From the NCBI GenBank assembly GCA_002269645.1, contig NIVC01002369.1, positions 115,847 through 179,846 on the forward strand: DNA of 64,000 bases, written 5' to 3'. The translations under genes were made by a program, and so were the position numbers. Below, in pieces: positions 62,576 to 64,000 of the stretch; within the stretch, counting starts at the first letter, position 1; every line of letters starts with the position of its first letter. The notes beneath the pieces are model-generated. The model was not told the DNA's origin. It was given only the letters and a program-made list of their open reading frames with translations, and ran no database searches. Origin of the DNA: Macrostomum lignano (Eukaryota).

Positions 62576-63068
62576 ATGTCTTTCACTTCCGATCACAAAG
62601 TGACGAAGTCCCTACCGCTCCGCATTGCAGCTCCGACAGAGACGGGCATCTCCGAACAGATCGCAGCCCCACAGTTTCTCAGAGATGCGCCGGGGCTCTG
62701 TCGCCTGCCCTTTTGTCCCAGGCGGTTCTGCCGCACCCGATCGGCAGCGGCGCAGTACTTGCGGTCGGAACACCCGAGCTTCAAAGAGTGCTGCAACATG
62801 GCAACGTCAAGCTCAGGGCATCGAGAGCCCGTTCCAGTGCGATACTTGCCAGAAGAAGTTTACCAAAAAAGCCATATCAAAGCTCACATTAGTGCAGTGC
62901 ACAGAAGGCAAACCGTACAAGTGCAAGGTGTGCGGCAAGAGATTCCATGTCAGCAGCGCCTTCACTACATACTCGAGGCGGCACACAGGAGAAAAGCCAT
63001 TTGAGTGCAGGGTGTGCAGCAAGATACTAAATAAAGCCAGCATACTGAAGAGGCACTCCAAGCAGTAG
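62576..63068 (+). pseudogene. ZF17: ZF5 duplicate (3 fingers) with several extra 1-bp deletions
   Basis: Near-identical to 25012-25509 apart from single-base losses, mostly in homopolymers. Confidence 0.85.
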
Positions 63069-64000
63069 GTTTTGTAGAGAATATTCAACTTCGTGTTCCG
63101 TGATCGCTGAAATAGACTCCGGATATTTGTTCTTCTGTGCTCCACGCGTTTTCAATTTATTCGCAATCTCTTGACAACTTTTTTCTTTGTATTAATGATT
63201 TTTGTTAAATTTTTTCTGAAGAATGCATTAGGAAGTTGTTGCACTGGTTAGCTGTTGCTGCCAAAGGAAGTTGATTTTTGCTGTTTTTATAAATTATACC
63301 GGTGGCATTGAAGTCTATGTTTTGTTTTAATATTTGTCTTGATGTGTGTATAATTGTTTTGATATAAGATTTAATAGGCACGTAAAATGTCGAATGCAGC
63401 TGTTGTCATTGGCATGATTGCTCAGCTGTCAGGGCATCAAGCCGGGCAGCAGAGCGACAGCGAGACAGAGAGAACCTCTGAGCCGTGCCGCAGAGTCCTT
63501 TGGAAAAAAGTTGAGTGAGTTGCAGCTAGAATGTAGGTTTTAATGGCTGCCAAGACAGTCAACAGGTTGAGCCAAATTACCGTTTCCATGACTGCCCCTG
63601 AGCACACTGTTGCCTCTTACACTGATGACTGCACAATCTTATTATTATAGAATGAATTTGCCTTCATAATCCTCTTGTTCATTAGTTTCATTAGTAAAAT
63701 AAGCTATGGAGTTGGAATTTCACTTTTTTGCTTTGCTTAAATGCATTCATGCTAAGCTCCAGGTCTAGGGCAGTGGGTTCTCCTTTTTAATTTCCCGAGC
63801 CGTCTGAAAGGGTAGACAGCATTTGGAATGCCAGCAGAGGGACCCTTCAAACAGAATGGGAAGGATGTAACGGGTGAGTTTGGTGTTGTAGACGCGGCTG
63901 AAAGGAGTAAGAGTGCAATGGCAGGCCCTTCTGACGAGTGCCAAGGATTTCTTATCGGTACAGCCGATGTACCCGGGCACATTCTCGATTAGCAGCAAGA

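Overview
Eukaryotic (animal-type) genomic DNA with AT-rich intergenic sequence and GT-AG introns. No rRNA, tRNA or CRISPR features were seen, and the organism cannot be fixed from sequence alone. The first ~14 kb is a transposon graveyard: a hairpin-bearing ~170-bp tandem repeat, an open but doubly truncated Ty3/Gypsy RNase H-integrase fragment, a decayed spliced gene, a 3.55-kb TIR element with an 8-bp TSD and a THAP remnant, and an 8-bp-TSD MITE. From 14.4 kb to the window end is a head-to-tail array of 17 paralogous C2H2 zinc-finger genes and pseudogenes, all on the + strand, each with its fingers in one exon. They share an atypical N-terminal Cys/His motif and carry 3-11 tandem 84-bp fingers whose framework is almost invariant while the base-contacting residues are shuffled. 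The genes were amplified together with recurring spacer modules: Gypsy LTR-PBS-gag remnants (all on the - strand), a 42-bp G-rich/C-rich satellite of very variable copy number, and occasional copy-specific DNA-transposon insertions. Mosaic higher-order duplications with breakpoints inside the genes create chimeric finger arrays. The best candidate novel system is a KRAB-less, PRDM9/KZFP-like, recombination-diversified zinc-finger repertoire embedded in antisense retroelement debris. Caveat: some near-identical blocks and 1-bp deletions, especially after ~59 kb, could be assembly or haplotype artefacts.
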